Source: Amphiscolops sp. MND2022 (Eukaryota). From it: DNA of 64,000 nucleotides. A program made the translations under genes and the position numbers. Below the pieces are notes generated by a model. The model was not told where the DNA came from. It made no database searches and worked only from the letters and a program-made list of their open reading frames with translations. Where the stretch lies: NCBI GenBank assembly GCA_964187785.1, contig OZ076413.1, forward strand, positions 40,858,001 to 40,922,000, written 5' to 3'. Shown here piece by piece: positions 58,201 to 64,000 of the stretch; position 1 is the stretch's first letter, and every line of letters begins with the position of its first letter.

Positions 58201-61200
58201 AATTTGCTGGACAGTAAGTAAACAAGACCTGTGGTTTAAAAACTAAGCCCCTCATCTTAGTTTCCCAATGTGATGAAAAGCTTGAAAAGCTATGATGCAA
58301 TACAACATCTTCAGAATTCACAATAGCAGATGACAAGTGCTTCATTGATTTTTTAAAAACTTTCAATGCGCCTATGATCCAGGGGTAGGGGTGGCAGGGC
58401 TTCGGCAATGATATATAAAATACGTCAAGTGTTGATATAAGGCCAATATATTTCCTTTGTAAAAATCTAAGTTTCTACTGTGATAAACTAACCTTTGTCA
58501 ACTTCGAATCGGAGTTTCTGTATTTCAGCCATATTGCCACACAGTCTGTAGATACCCTCGATATCCAGACCCCTTCTCTCGACCTCAGAGACAGCGTTGA
58601 TGAGGAAATCGGGAATGAGCTTCTTCTCAGTCTGACACCGCAGTTCCAATAAACAGCCGAACACAGGTGCTAAATAACAATATCCCGTGTAAAGTTACTT
58701 GAATGTGATAAACTGTTGATATGTAGTTGACGTGAAGAAAGCCTACGGCGACTTAGCACATTCTGAATTTAACCCTAACGAATTGATCACTACCAGGTGT
58801 TAGATTGATGAACAAAGTAACGAAAAAGTATTCAAGAGCTGAAATGTACATTTTTGACCTAAAAGTTGAAATGAACGTCGTGTCGGAGATTTTGCGAGTG
58901 CGTATCACGGTCGGAAATTTACAGCTACAAGCCTCTGGTTAGAAATTTCCGTGTCACCTTTCGAATCTTGGCTTCAGGTGAATCAATTTTCGATGGGAAA
59001 TTGCCAATTATAGAAAAAATTGCGAAAATACGGCTTGGTGGCAATTTTCCCGGTCGGAAATTTACAGCTACAAGCCTCTGGTTAGAAATTTCCGTGTCAC
59101 CTTTCGAATCTTGGCTTCAGGTGAATCAATTTTCGATGGGAAATTGCCAATTATAGAAAAAATTGCGAAAATACGGCTTGTTGGTAATGAGGTGAAACAT
59201 TTTTTAGTATATTCATCTTTGAAATGCTGACTAAATGTTGAATTTTTCGAAAAACTGAACCATAATAACGATGTGACGGAAAATTGAAAAGTCGACGCTA
59301 AACAGAACGCGAAAAATGAAAAGGACGATCAACTGCTTCAAGGAATAGACTATATACTACATTCCAGTACAAACAAGACGGGAACGTCTAAAGTCGGCGC
59401 TATATCTAAGGCTCAAAAGGCGCAAAGTTTTTAAAATTGTAAAGGGGGGCCTTTCGACTTTTTCAAATCCAGTTTGTTGCAAAATATCGAAAACGTTAAA
59501 GGAGGGACCCTTGGGGGACATAAAAAAAATTTTTAAAAATTTTCGAGAAAATTTTCGAAACAAAAAATGAGAATTTTGAAACAGTCTCATAGTGTCGAAA
59601 AACTAGAAAGCGGAAACCCTTTGGGCTTTTCGAAACTTCAGTTTGCTTCAAAATATCAAAAAACTTGATGGGGGGGCCTTTGGCGATAAAAAAAATTTCG
59701 AAAAAAGTCGCACAGTGCCGAAAAAATTCAAAGTGGGGACCCTGTAGTCCCGTCCGGTTTTGTATCTTACGTTAAAAATTGAGTACACGAAAGGGGGACC
59801 CTTTGCACTAACTTAGATGCGTTTCCGCTTGCCGGTCCAGTAGTTTAGTAGTTCTGTAGAAAAAGTGTCTCCTACGCATACATTCTGTGGTTTGACGAAA
59901 AAAAACTTGCCACTGTAATAGTCGGGCTCATTTTGATAAAATGCACCGACTAAAAATACATTATCATGAGGCATAACTTTTAAAGTGTTGATTACACTAC
60001 CTCCTATTTCTCGAGCATGGCTCAATCTTCATTAGATTAGCCGAAAAGTTTCATTTGAGTTTCATACTGGCCGAGACTAAAATCAGTATTTGAACAACAA
60101 TACAATTTCATAACTAGTTCTGACATTGTATGTAATGAGATGATTTCAACTCATGCTATCATTAGTAAAACTGATTTCACTAATAATTTGAGAACTGGTG
60201 AGAAACTTAGATGTCTTCAGAGAAAAAAATGATTTCAACTTGAATATAGCTGATACTTTACATAATGTTGAGCAGTACCTGACAATCGATAGCTAAAAGC
60301 TAGGAAACATACCATCAAATTTGACAAGGGTACCAAGACACCTGGAAGAACGTTTTCTTAACAAGATTTCTGATCAAGAATTCTCCCAAATTTGCTCTGG
60401 AACAAATTAGTGTGTTGAAGTGATATATTTTAATAATTGTTAAATTTTCATAGTAAAAACAACCGACCGAGCATTATGCTTAAAAAATGCAGTGCTACAA
60501 CACTTATCTTTCTTTGTTTTCCCTTGTTATTTCGGACTGAAAATAGCATTAGTTCTTGGAAAACTACATGATCCAATGATCTCTTTGGTTCAGTTATGAA
60601 TAAGAACACCAATGACCACAGCCAATAGATCCTTCTTTCAGTTGACCCACCTGATTTGAGAATTCCCTTCCTCTTCAGGGCATCTTGAGAAGGTCTGCTT
60701 TTGAGAAGTTGCGCCAGGCAGTTTTTGACCCTGAATGTTTCGCCGCCTCCGTTGGAATTGGAACTAGCTAAACTACTGCTCGAGTCTTGTGTCAAGTACG
60801 ACCTGTTATCAAGGTTGTCATGCTACCGAGAAATCACTTTTACTCGTTTTGATGGCAAGTCGTACCAACGTTAGTTTGAAAAAAGCGGCGTTTTTTCACT
60901 TTTTACAAAACAGAATTAAAAACTTTTTAACTTGCCTAAGCTTCGAGCGTTCAAAAAGTGATTGAAAAAAACATGGCATTTTGTGATCTGGAGAAAAAAC
61001 TTCACAAAAACCTCCTACTAAAAATGTGGAACGGAATTGATATGGTAGAATTGCCCATCAAAACCCCAACGTCACATACACGAAATAATTTCGTTTTTTT
61101 TTCAACGACATTTTTGCGGCAATGCATGACAGCCTTGCCTGTTGTGGCTAGCCGTGTCAGAAATGTGTGCAGTTGTGGTATTGCGTCTGAGAGGAAAATC

Positions 61201-63523
61201 GATGAGCGATTGATCGTCGAAATCGTTTTCCATCTTAGTGATTCCAGTTCGTAGGTTGACGATTGCGTTGTTTATTGAGTCATACCACTGGGCGGCGTCG
61301 TAAGGGTTAGGCGACTTGAGAAGCACCTTTGTACCGGGAAGGAAGTCGCTCCATAGCTGGAACGTGTTCTTCTTGCCTCGCTTCCATTCGATGTTGGCGG
61401 CAAAAAGTTCAAAGCTGTGTTCCGGTTTGCTTTGAGCCACACTCGAATACTGAAAGTCATAGAAATTTAATTTTGAGAGCACACAGGACAATTACTTAAA
61501 AAAAAAACAAAAAAAAGCCAACACAGAAAACAGCACATTTACAGAACACTCGATGAAAAACAGCATAATTTCATCATTCCGCGGGTGAAAAAAAAATTCA
61601 ACACACAATGTAAAACCAATGTAATGTCATTAGCGATTACAGGGGTTTCTGGAGGTCTCATTTCTAAATTTGACAAAAAATCAACAGTAGAGCCAAATTA
61701 TTGAATCAAGGTATCAAAATTAGTTACAGTAGTAGGTTGAATGTGACATGAAACAAACTGAAATGTCTTGCGTTTCAATTTTCTGGATTTAATTGACAAA
61801 TATGAACTTTAATGTGAGTTTTCAGTACCCCTACAGGACTCACAATAACCATTTCAAATAAATTTTAGTTGGAGCTCCTGAAGAGAATGTGAACTAAAGT
61901 ATTGACTTTACGAAGACATTTACGAACTCTGAAGTTATTGAAAAATTTCTGATAAAGTCAATCACTTTGTTAATCGTCGGTAGTGAAAAACACACCCGAA
62001 ACGTCCGTGTGACCGTCATCGTTAATCGTCGGTAGTGAAAAACACGCCCGAAAGGTCCGTGTGACGGTCATGTGACATCTTCATTGTCATGAACTTGAAT
62101 ATAACTGATTGAATTCATCATACGAGATAGGAACGCTCTTTAACTGAGCTTCGACTTCAAATATCTGTTCGGCAAATCTGATCGAAACATCTAACTACAG
62201 TTCGTAGATGAATTACTATGAAATGGACACCCCCAAAAGCAAGTGCCCAATAGGTCGAAAAAAACTTATTCTTACCGAGTCGTTCTTTGGTACCTGGGAT
62301 CCAGTTGGCCCTCAAAATACCTGAGAAACGTATATATTACAGTTCCTCTGGTTTCACAGCTCTGTGCACATATAGTTCTTTTTCACCGAAGGGAAAGGGT
62401 CAGGATTTGAGTGGGAGCAGAATTGAGATGTAAAAACAGCAACTTCGGAATGTACCGCAACCTTCAGGAGGGTAGCACATATTTGAGGACCGAAGCTAGT
62501 GTAATTTGAGGCCCGATCAATTCGGTGACTATTAGCGTCAGATAAAATTATATCAGCCGAGGGTTTTAGGGGGCATGCGGTGGGTGCGGTAGCATCACCC
62601 CTTTTTTGAAAAAAAAATATAGCGCCATTGCTCAAAGAGGGGACCCTTCTAGGTTTAACTATAATTTTTATATGTAAGAAATAGGCGCTATTTTAAGCAA
62701 AAGGCGTTTTCACACAATCAGCATCCCCCTTAAAAATATTCTCAAACCGCCACTGGCCAATATGTATTTAACTTGATTTTTTTGAAGAGGTTAGCATATT
62801 TGTTGTATGGGCTCGGTCGCTTCGCTCCCTTCGCCAAGTAGCAACATTGAGGCATGGCCATATGGCACGTTGTTCCGCTTCGCTTCTCCATTTAGGGCAC
62901 TAGGGTTATGGGAATATAGCAGACTACGTTATAATAATAATTTTGATGAACAAATTTTTGGGCCTCAGATAACATTTCATTATCGGGCCTCAGTTTTTCG
63001 TGCCTAAATAAACGTTTCCCTTCGGGAAGGCATAGAGCAATCGCCTATTTTTGAATGGGTCTCTACTTCAGAAACTTCAAAACGGCAGGTTTGACAAAGG
63101 CCGACCTTGATGGAGAGAGCGAAGCGCACCGGAAGGAGGAAGGCCAAATCTTTAAACTCGATGTCTTCATTTACTTTTATTTAGGGGAGATTTCAACTCA
63201 GGCGTAGAATTCAACTTAGGATACTTTGACACGTAACCAAAATAACGGTAATTTCAGATGAAAACTATTTATTCAACATTGTATCAATTATCCTCTGAAG
63301 TAGCCGATTGTATAAACGAAAACAGCGACTCTGAAAAACGTGAATTGTAGAAGAGTTTCAAACTAACAGCTTGTGAATGTTTCTTGTCTTTGAAGAACAA
63401 GAGTGACCGCTCCGTGAGTTGGACAAAGTACTTGCCCTGCTGTTTGTAAGCAGCCCAGGACAACAGCGAAGACTTGTTCTCAAATTCCATCTTCTTGCAC
63501 AAAATACCTTCCCGCAATATGTC
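22048..63523 (-). CDS. PH-domain + RhoGAP protein, ARHGAP9/12/15/27 family (5'-partial, 8 coding exons)
   Basis: Exons 63523-63368, 61449-61139, 60802-60651, 58669-58493, 26942-26811, 24640-24517, 23381-23105, 22206-22048 join in phase (AG acceptors; GT donors plus one GC). Spliced product has a PH domain, LKSRPSQDALKRKGILK, VFGC.L...IP...VERRGLDIEGIYR (arginine finger), GALKMYFRELP and NKMDSMNIAIVFGPNL. Confidence 0.9.
22368..22547. mobile_element. hAT-type MITE (180 bp)
   Basis: Imperfect TIR CAGGGGCGAATTT / CAGTGGCGGTTTT; 8-bp TSD CAATAATC (22360-22367, 22548-22555). Confidence 0.85.
23105..23381 (-). CDS. RhoGAP gene exon (GAP domain end)
   Basis: VVENNVLNKMDSMNIAIVFGPNLIFP; ttgcag acceptor. 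Confidence 0.88.
24517..24640 (-). CDS. RhoGAP gene exon
   Basis: MKVIIDSYPSSHQAVIRHLFNHLA; tttcag acceptor, gtaagt donor. Confidence 0.85.
25411..25981 (-). mobile_element. Helentron-associated non-autonomous element (HINE/DINE-1-like) with internal tRNA-like segment
   Basis: Sub-terminal inverted repeats AGTCGGCGC / GCGCCGACT, short terminal hairpin, A-rich ends; same architecture as four other copies in the window. Confidence 0.55.
26198..26687 (-). mobile_element. HINE/DINE-1-like element
   Basis: aacaagacgagaacgtct-aaagtcggcgct ... atagtccggc...aaagcgccgactaaaaa. Confidence 0.6.
26811..26942 (-). CDS. RhoGAP gene exon
   Basis: NYNLKQVNDIHVITGALKMYFRELPDSLFP; tttcag acceptor, gtaagt donor. 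Confidence 0.92.
27158..27871 (-). mobile_element. Two adjacent HINE/DINE-1-like copies (partial 27158-27423 + complete 27424-27871)
   Basis: Hairpin/subTIR end motif at 27158 and 27424; single opposite end at 27855-27871. Confidence 0.6.
28019..28258 (+). repeat. Maverick left TIR with three 48-bp-period subrepeats
   Basis: gggctccc(a/g)accgaaattattc motif at 28053, 28101, 28149. Confidence 0.95.
28564..29531 (+). pseudogene. Maverick accessory ORF (frameshift near 29130) with HYHVLL motif; possible HUH/parvovirus-NS1-like nuclease domain
   Basis: ORFs 28564-29271 and 29130-29531 overlap; NHYHVLLYLP; C-terminal CMCFEC. Function is inferred from a short motif only. Confidence 0.45.
29588..29995 (+). 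CDS. Parvovirus-type phospholipase A2-like protein (PLA2X-like)
   Basis: GKIGPGDSKLD ... HAIFHDAYGY matches the GPG Ca-loop plus HDxxY catalytic pattern; ATG at 29588. Confidence 0.7.
   Translation: MFSARQICENFVAVNYCFPKNSTTKNAFLAVCRYIDENVDLREVNLKAPFGGKIGPGDSKLDNYLKFSKILRMHAIFHDAYGYMRSFEEIGPGYVYTLTKAQSFHNNMLLGHFSGISYWLFVKLFHREHFDAFPF
30081..30432 (+). pseudogene. Small two-TM Maverick membrane protein (frameshift near 30290)
   Basis: YTFCCCNSRVERSLVLVF then FILIAVFTFCILFLTL...GILAILSACIGHILPGP. Confidence 0.6.
30429..31130 (+). CDS. A32/FtsK-type packaging ATPase (in-frame TAG at codon 3 after ATG 30429)
   Basis: Walker A VGPAGSGKT, Walker B LVVIDD, GRHRN motif. Confidence 0.93.
31099..31443 (+). 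CDS. Small basic Maverick protein of unknown function
   Basis: 114-aa ORF with FFCDCVFNVVKG and KRKRQVL, lying between ATPase and integrase. Confidence 0.65.
   Translation: MMNLQNYYTVDLYLKFSPTLKKIFILHCPDNILKFFCDCVFNVVKGKVKLDKKLQEKAVFLAREKVNLEKICSKRRVALKRKRQVLGSERGLRLLKLISPSVQIHLKSCHGIEQ
31427..32130 (+). pseudogene. Maverick ORF of unknown function (frameshift near 31940)
   Basis: ORFs 31427-32050 and 31939-32130 overlap; tightly packed between neighbouring genes. Confidence 0.55.
32132..33289 (+). CDS. Retroviral-like (rve) integrase with N-terminal PHD finger
   Basis: C4HC3 CGSC..CHVC..HFKC..CSKC; catalytic SVDLAD, WVDKG, LAERN; C-terminal FRIGDQVRI...GKFYEPEL; ORF intact. Confidence 0.95.
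   Translation: MKRWFCGSCKTPLGKGSKTSPSLWCHVCGWVHFKCSGLENSKEYNDNFLCSKCDRSRILLSDETDRDYATSFTKIHESYTNPRSKAAFGSRRNLVTTSQCSSKNVDRYLNSSETYTKFKLTRKRFLRLKVVSYRLNEIWSVDLADMQKLAANNSGIRYLFVAVDALSRYLWVEPLKVKTSQACKEALMRIIVKNGKPPVPKICSATLQPEKIWVDKGREFSGEFASFCRSKDIVIYSTKSETKSALAERNIRSLKSLIFKYMHEHDRNTYIDEIDQFVSIINRRANRMTKLAPASVSKKDVPYLVSLCHTNVLRQPKFRIGDQVRIRRKIDTFHRGYKIQFTEELFTVTSIPTCNPPTYTVKDRNNEIIQGKFYEPELVKFVVPS
33309..34284 (+). pseudogene. Minor capsid protein (penton-like), one frameshift near 33398
   Basis: FTMNLVSNASMTTFPGN / FTTLLPTTMSLPGDWQVALVEIAWP ... MFLYCDLVQ...LLRSIP...ISLTLSNEMGQKMPF. Confidence 0.85.
34357..34872 (+). CDS. Basic Gly/Lys/Arg-rich Maverick protein (putative core/DNA-condensing)
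   Basis: RQMGSGGGLGAF..RVAIPLVRKYVLP; highly basic; lies between minor and major capsid genes. Confidence 0.7.
   Translation: MDAHYDSQIKSVVAHTNYSGPARQMGSGGGLGAFAVRMGRVAIPLVRKYVLPVARQVGKNLLETAIPEIGDALTGKKKPNRKLLASVAKKTAVKTMSKNLPAGVALRPGGGGGSERKPGAARRVTNGSVGGGERPVSALVNRKRNSSTSISRKTAAKRSRSKILSEIQYSN
34885..36234 (+). CDS. Major capsid protein (double jelly-roll, hexon-like)
   Basis: HSALDFFEKP...IDLNRIIL...FSNNTLHTLFS...LHLDFL...KFLLPNV...FLVFDLT; frame open from 34873; probable start aagCTGg at 34885 (no ATG seen there). Confidence 0.9.
   Translation: MASVNNLFVGSASEIARPVTHSALDFFEKPGVMINYEGAYDQEVFPHVGCRGPQLDFFVAAEAKNLIDLNRIILCVEVAIYLEDGKTKAKPGDVDVVFSNNTLHTLFSHAELYLNEKLISHSNNCYLHSAFVETELSTDTESKDSWAECQGYHYLAKSSGKDQQFNKLAASFAEKKECKVQLCGALHLDFLDCEKFLLPNVTLHVRLYRSPNNTVLHLKGTDDDAKNLDGKILPVVEKASLFVRKVVVTDSVKLSIERALLKSEAIYPYIESLNKSFIIQAGQNCFIKENIFGTEPIRRLTLCMVKNSLFRSTPLNETPFSYQKFNLQRVEIQRGNGVPLAGTPLDTTNNVRLYYNTITALGFKEKSNGIKLEDYEDNHFFLVFDLTSTEEASKNFTLFPELTGSSLTLKLYFEKTLDDAIELFLIGERFSQVTIDSARNIKKNRPYEG
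36224..36757 (+). CDS. Adenain-like (C5) maturation cysteine protease
   Basis: GSHW (His), WDCLG (Asp), LQNASSNMCGLYC (Gln/Cys); ORF intact. Confidence 0.93.
   Translation: MKDNATLKHMILRNSTLSVAFAGIWSADNFNLQPVTTETTTNFLASERLVWFQIVNTSPRNSHGSHWLLLGATIAQGQKKMQVFVWDCLGQPVSVYTMFFNRLNQLYGKTGYRQIALKLQNASSNMCGLYCLFLIHYIAKKPYELSQIDEKLKLCSEIEIIRFINDKYNTLFRYTVF
36867..37371 (-). CDS. Ser-rich/acidic low-complexity ORF downstream of pPolB (two overlapping frames)
   Basis: ORFs 37171-37371 and 36867-37178; no recognisable domain. Confidence 0.4.
37447..41279 (-). pseudogene. Protein-primed family B DNA polymerase with N-terminal C2H2 fingers and endonuclease-VII-like insert; multiple frameshifts and stops
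   Basis: GGSGWVV; YADLEA (ExoI); HHCHLTG...AHSKCNL; YLQTDVLLLADIFE (ExoIII); FFDVTSLYA; KLMSNACFGK; YKDTDSL. Confidence 0.95.
41392..41786 (-). mobile_element. HINE-like element (second subfamily) inserted in the Maverick upstream of pPolB
   Basis: Palindrome CCGCATATGCGG next to AGGAGTCGGA; inverted TCCGACTCCT plus A-run at the other end. Confidence 0.5.
42085..42277 (-). repeat. Maverick right TIR with two 48-bp-period subrepeats
   Basis: Reverse complement of 28019-28258 minus one subrepeat. Confidence 0.95.
42981..43162. mobile_element. Tc1/mariner (pogo/Tigger-like) MITE
   Basis: 25-bp TIR CAGTAAACCCTCGATTATCCGCCAC, TA TSD. Confidence 0.9.
43577..43647 (+). tRNA. tRNA-Gly(GCC)
   Basis: GCATCGGTGGTTCAGTGGTAGAATTGTCGCCTGCCACGCGATAGACCCGGGTTCGATTCCCGGCCGATGCA; stems pair; A/B boxes; T6 Pol III terminator at 43651. 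Confidence 0.97.
44357..45024. repeat. Long inverted repeat: arms 44357-44650 and 44732-45024, 81-bp spacer
   Basis: Arms are reverse complements with one substitution and one 1-nt indel seen. Confidence 0.95.
45356..46111. mobile_element. Tc1/mariner-like MITE with long imperfect TIRs
   Basis: CAGTAGCGTTCTAAAATATCGCAAC termini, ~200-bp inverted arms, TA TSD. Confidence 0.85.
47847..50034 (+). mobile_element. Mutator-like (Phantom-type) element with modular 17-bp-repeat TIRs
   Basis: 9-bp TSD GAAACTATT (47838-47846, 50035-50043); GCGACAACTCATATCAA x8 at left, x3 inverted at right. Confidence 0.92.
48271..49906 (+). pseudogene. FLYWCH-like + MULE DDE transposase, one intron (48498-48742), frameshifts
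   Basis: SWRC...C...H.H; GT-AG intron restores frame (EIK|VKQEIK); WHADGTFK, TDFELA, GCFFHFAQ, TNNSVEGWH. Confidence 0.9.
51003..53929 (-). pseudogene. LINE ORF2: APE endonuclease + reverse transcriptase (one frameshift near 53140, one TAA at 52482)
   Basis: LNIRSL, LTETW, GDFNID, SCIDH, SDH; YRPISLL, FIDLQKAFD, GVPQGSVLGP, FADDT, KYLGV. Confidence 0.95.
54210..54989 (-). CDS. LINE ORF1 (coiled-coil + RRM-like)
   Basis: Intact 259-aa ORF; QIRELRNEVTDLKERISEQE; PPVVVKF; IYINERL. Confidence 0.85.
   Translation of the reverse strand: MASEKYSELIQAIDSEPLKEILLLLTQDLLNKTETIKKQNAQIRELRNEVTDLKERISEQEKYSSKDTIIINNLPLLQDADLVSSVLYFFKTFLDIQLLREDLKACHFLGKCSDINKPPPVVVKFVYFHQKNDVYVRRSMLGKRGKQNPINTENIYINERLPKEQLLIKKYANDKGLITTTYNCDVKLFLKDSSGATFSQKVTSTKMVDDLTHKALKKQRHSQVKRNVPDSTPENPKDKRFEIAATPIKNDKSMESEMN
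56648..57416 (-). mobile_element. HINE/DINE-1-like element
   Basis: aacaagccgggaccggcccaagtcggcgc ... aaagtgccgactaaaaa. Confidence 0.55.
58493..58669 (-). CDS. RhoGAP gene exon (GAP domain start; not in supplied ORF track)
   Basis: PVFGCLLELRCQTEKKLIPDFLINAVSEVERRGLDIEGIYRLCGNMAEIQKLRFEVDK. Confidence 0.92.
58908..59180. repeat. Direct duplication of 130 bp (period 143)
   Basis: 58908-59037 matches 59051-59180. Confidence 0.9.
59372..59956 (-). mobile_element. HINE/DINE-1-like element
   Basis: aacaagacgggaacgtctaaagtcggcgct ... atagtcgggc...gcaccgactaaaaa. Confidence 0.6.
60651..60802 (-). CDS. RhoGAP gene exon (pre-GAP RP..L..KGI motif)
   Basis: VKNCLAQLLKSRPSQDALKRKGILKS; phases match neighbouring exons. 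Confidence 0.85.
61139..61449 (-). CDS. RhoGAP gene exon (PH domain C-terminal half)
   Basis: KPEHSFELFAANIEW...NTFQL...LLKSP...AQWYDSI; tttcag acceptor; CAG|GCAAG GC donor. Confidence 0.82.
61969..62072. repeat. ~52-bp tandem duplication
   Basis: gttaatcgtcggtagtgaaaaacac(a/g)cccgaaa(c/g)gtccgtgtgac x2. Confidence 0.85.
62554..62754. mobile_element. Second copy of the 22368-22547 hAT MITE family
   Basis: Shared core gccattgctcaaagaggggacccttctagg...cacacaatcagcatcccc...ccgccactg; TSD not recognisable. Confidence 0.7.
62781..62910. repeat. Dispersed repeat shared with 44590-44730
   Basis: tttgaagaggttagcatatttgttgtatgg...gccaagtagcaacattgaggcatggccatatggcacg...tttagggcactagg. Confidence 0.8.
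63368..63523 (-). CDS. RhoGAP gene exon (PH domain N-terminal half)
   Basis: DILREGILCKK...FVQLTERSLLFFKDKKHSQA; ttcag acceptor, gttagt donor, phase 0/0. Confidence 0.8.
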
Positions 63524-64000
63524 CTGAAATTGAGTCATGATAGCGAAATTTTCACAAAGGCTGTCATTTGGAAATGGACAACAACTTCATCTGAATGAGA
63601 TAGAGGCAGAAACATAAAAAAAACATGAAAATCATGTTTATTCGAAGAATTGAAATTAGTTACAGCTTAATATTTTGACCGCGTCAAGCTCTCTCTACAT
63701 TAATTGAATTCGTTGCTTTTTATTGACATAAATGCACTGCGCCAAGTTTTTAGATTCTTGAAAATTGGTCAAAAATTATCTCTAACTTTGATCGCATGTA
63801 TAATCGAGTTTTTCTGCCAGAATCAAATTCAACTTAATCATCTGAATTGTGTAAAAGTACTTCCACGAAGCCAATCACATCATCAATTAGGCATGGGACA
63901 TGACAAAAGAGTCAATCTGTTTAATCACTCAAACCTTCAGACGTTGGAGAAGTTGGATAATTCCGGTTGATTCATCTTCAATGATTTTAAAAATAATTTT

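Noticed and set aside
62354-62635. Additional RhoGAP exon
   Set aside because: The ORF starts inside a hAT MITE, and exons 63368 and 61449 already join in phase to give a continuous PH domain.

Overview
Eukaryotic (invertebrate-animal-like), transposon-dense genomic window. One host gene is visible: a PH + RhoGAP gene of the ARHGAP9/12/15/27 type on the minus strand (8 phase-consistent coding exons, 63523 to 22048; 5' part outside the window). One of its introns spans about 31.5 kb (26943-58492). That intron holds a complete 14.3-kb Maverick/Polinton (TIRs, 6-bp TSD, pPolB, PHD-integrase, ATPase, major and minor capsid, protease, a parvovirus-type PLA2 and a possible HUH-like ORF), a tRNA-Gly(GCC) gene, and a nest of hAT > (Tc1-like MITE, hAT > Phantom/MULE, near-intact LINE) with a ~290-bp inverted duplication of one hAT end. 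Downstream of the host gene (1-21.5 kb) lie an RT-deleted BEL/Pao LTR element carrying an antisense H2C2 zinc-finger + OTU deubiquitinase ORF, and a four-unit ~1.7-kb tandem array of a pseudogenised coiled-coil + J-domain ORF, which has a diverged relative at 1.2-1.8 kb. All calls come from reading motifs, terminal repeats and splice phases by eye; no database search was run.
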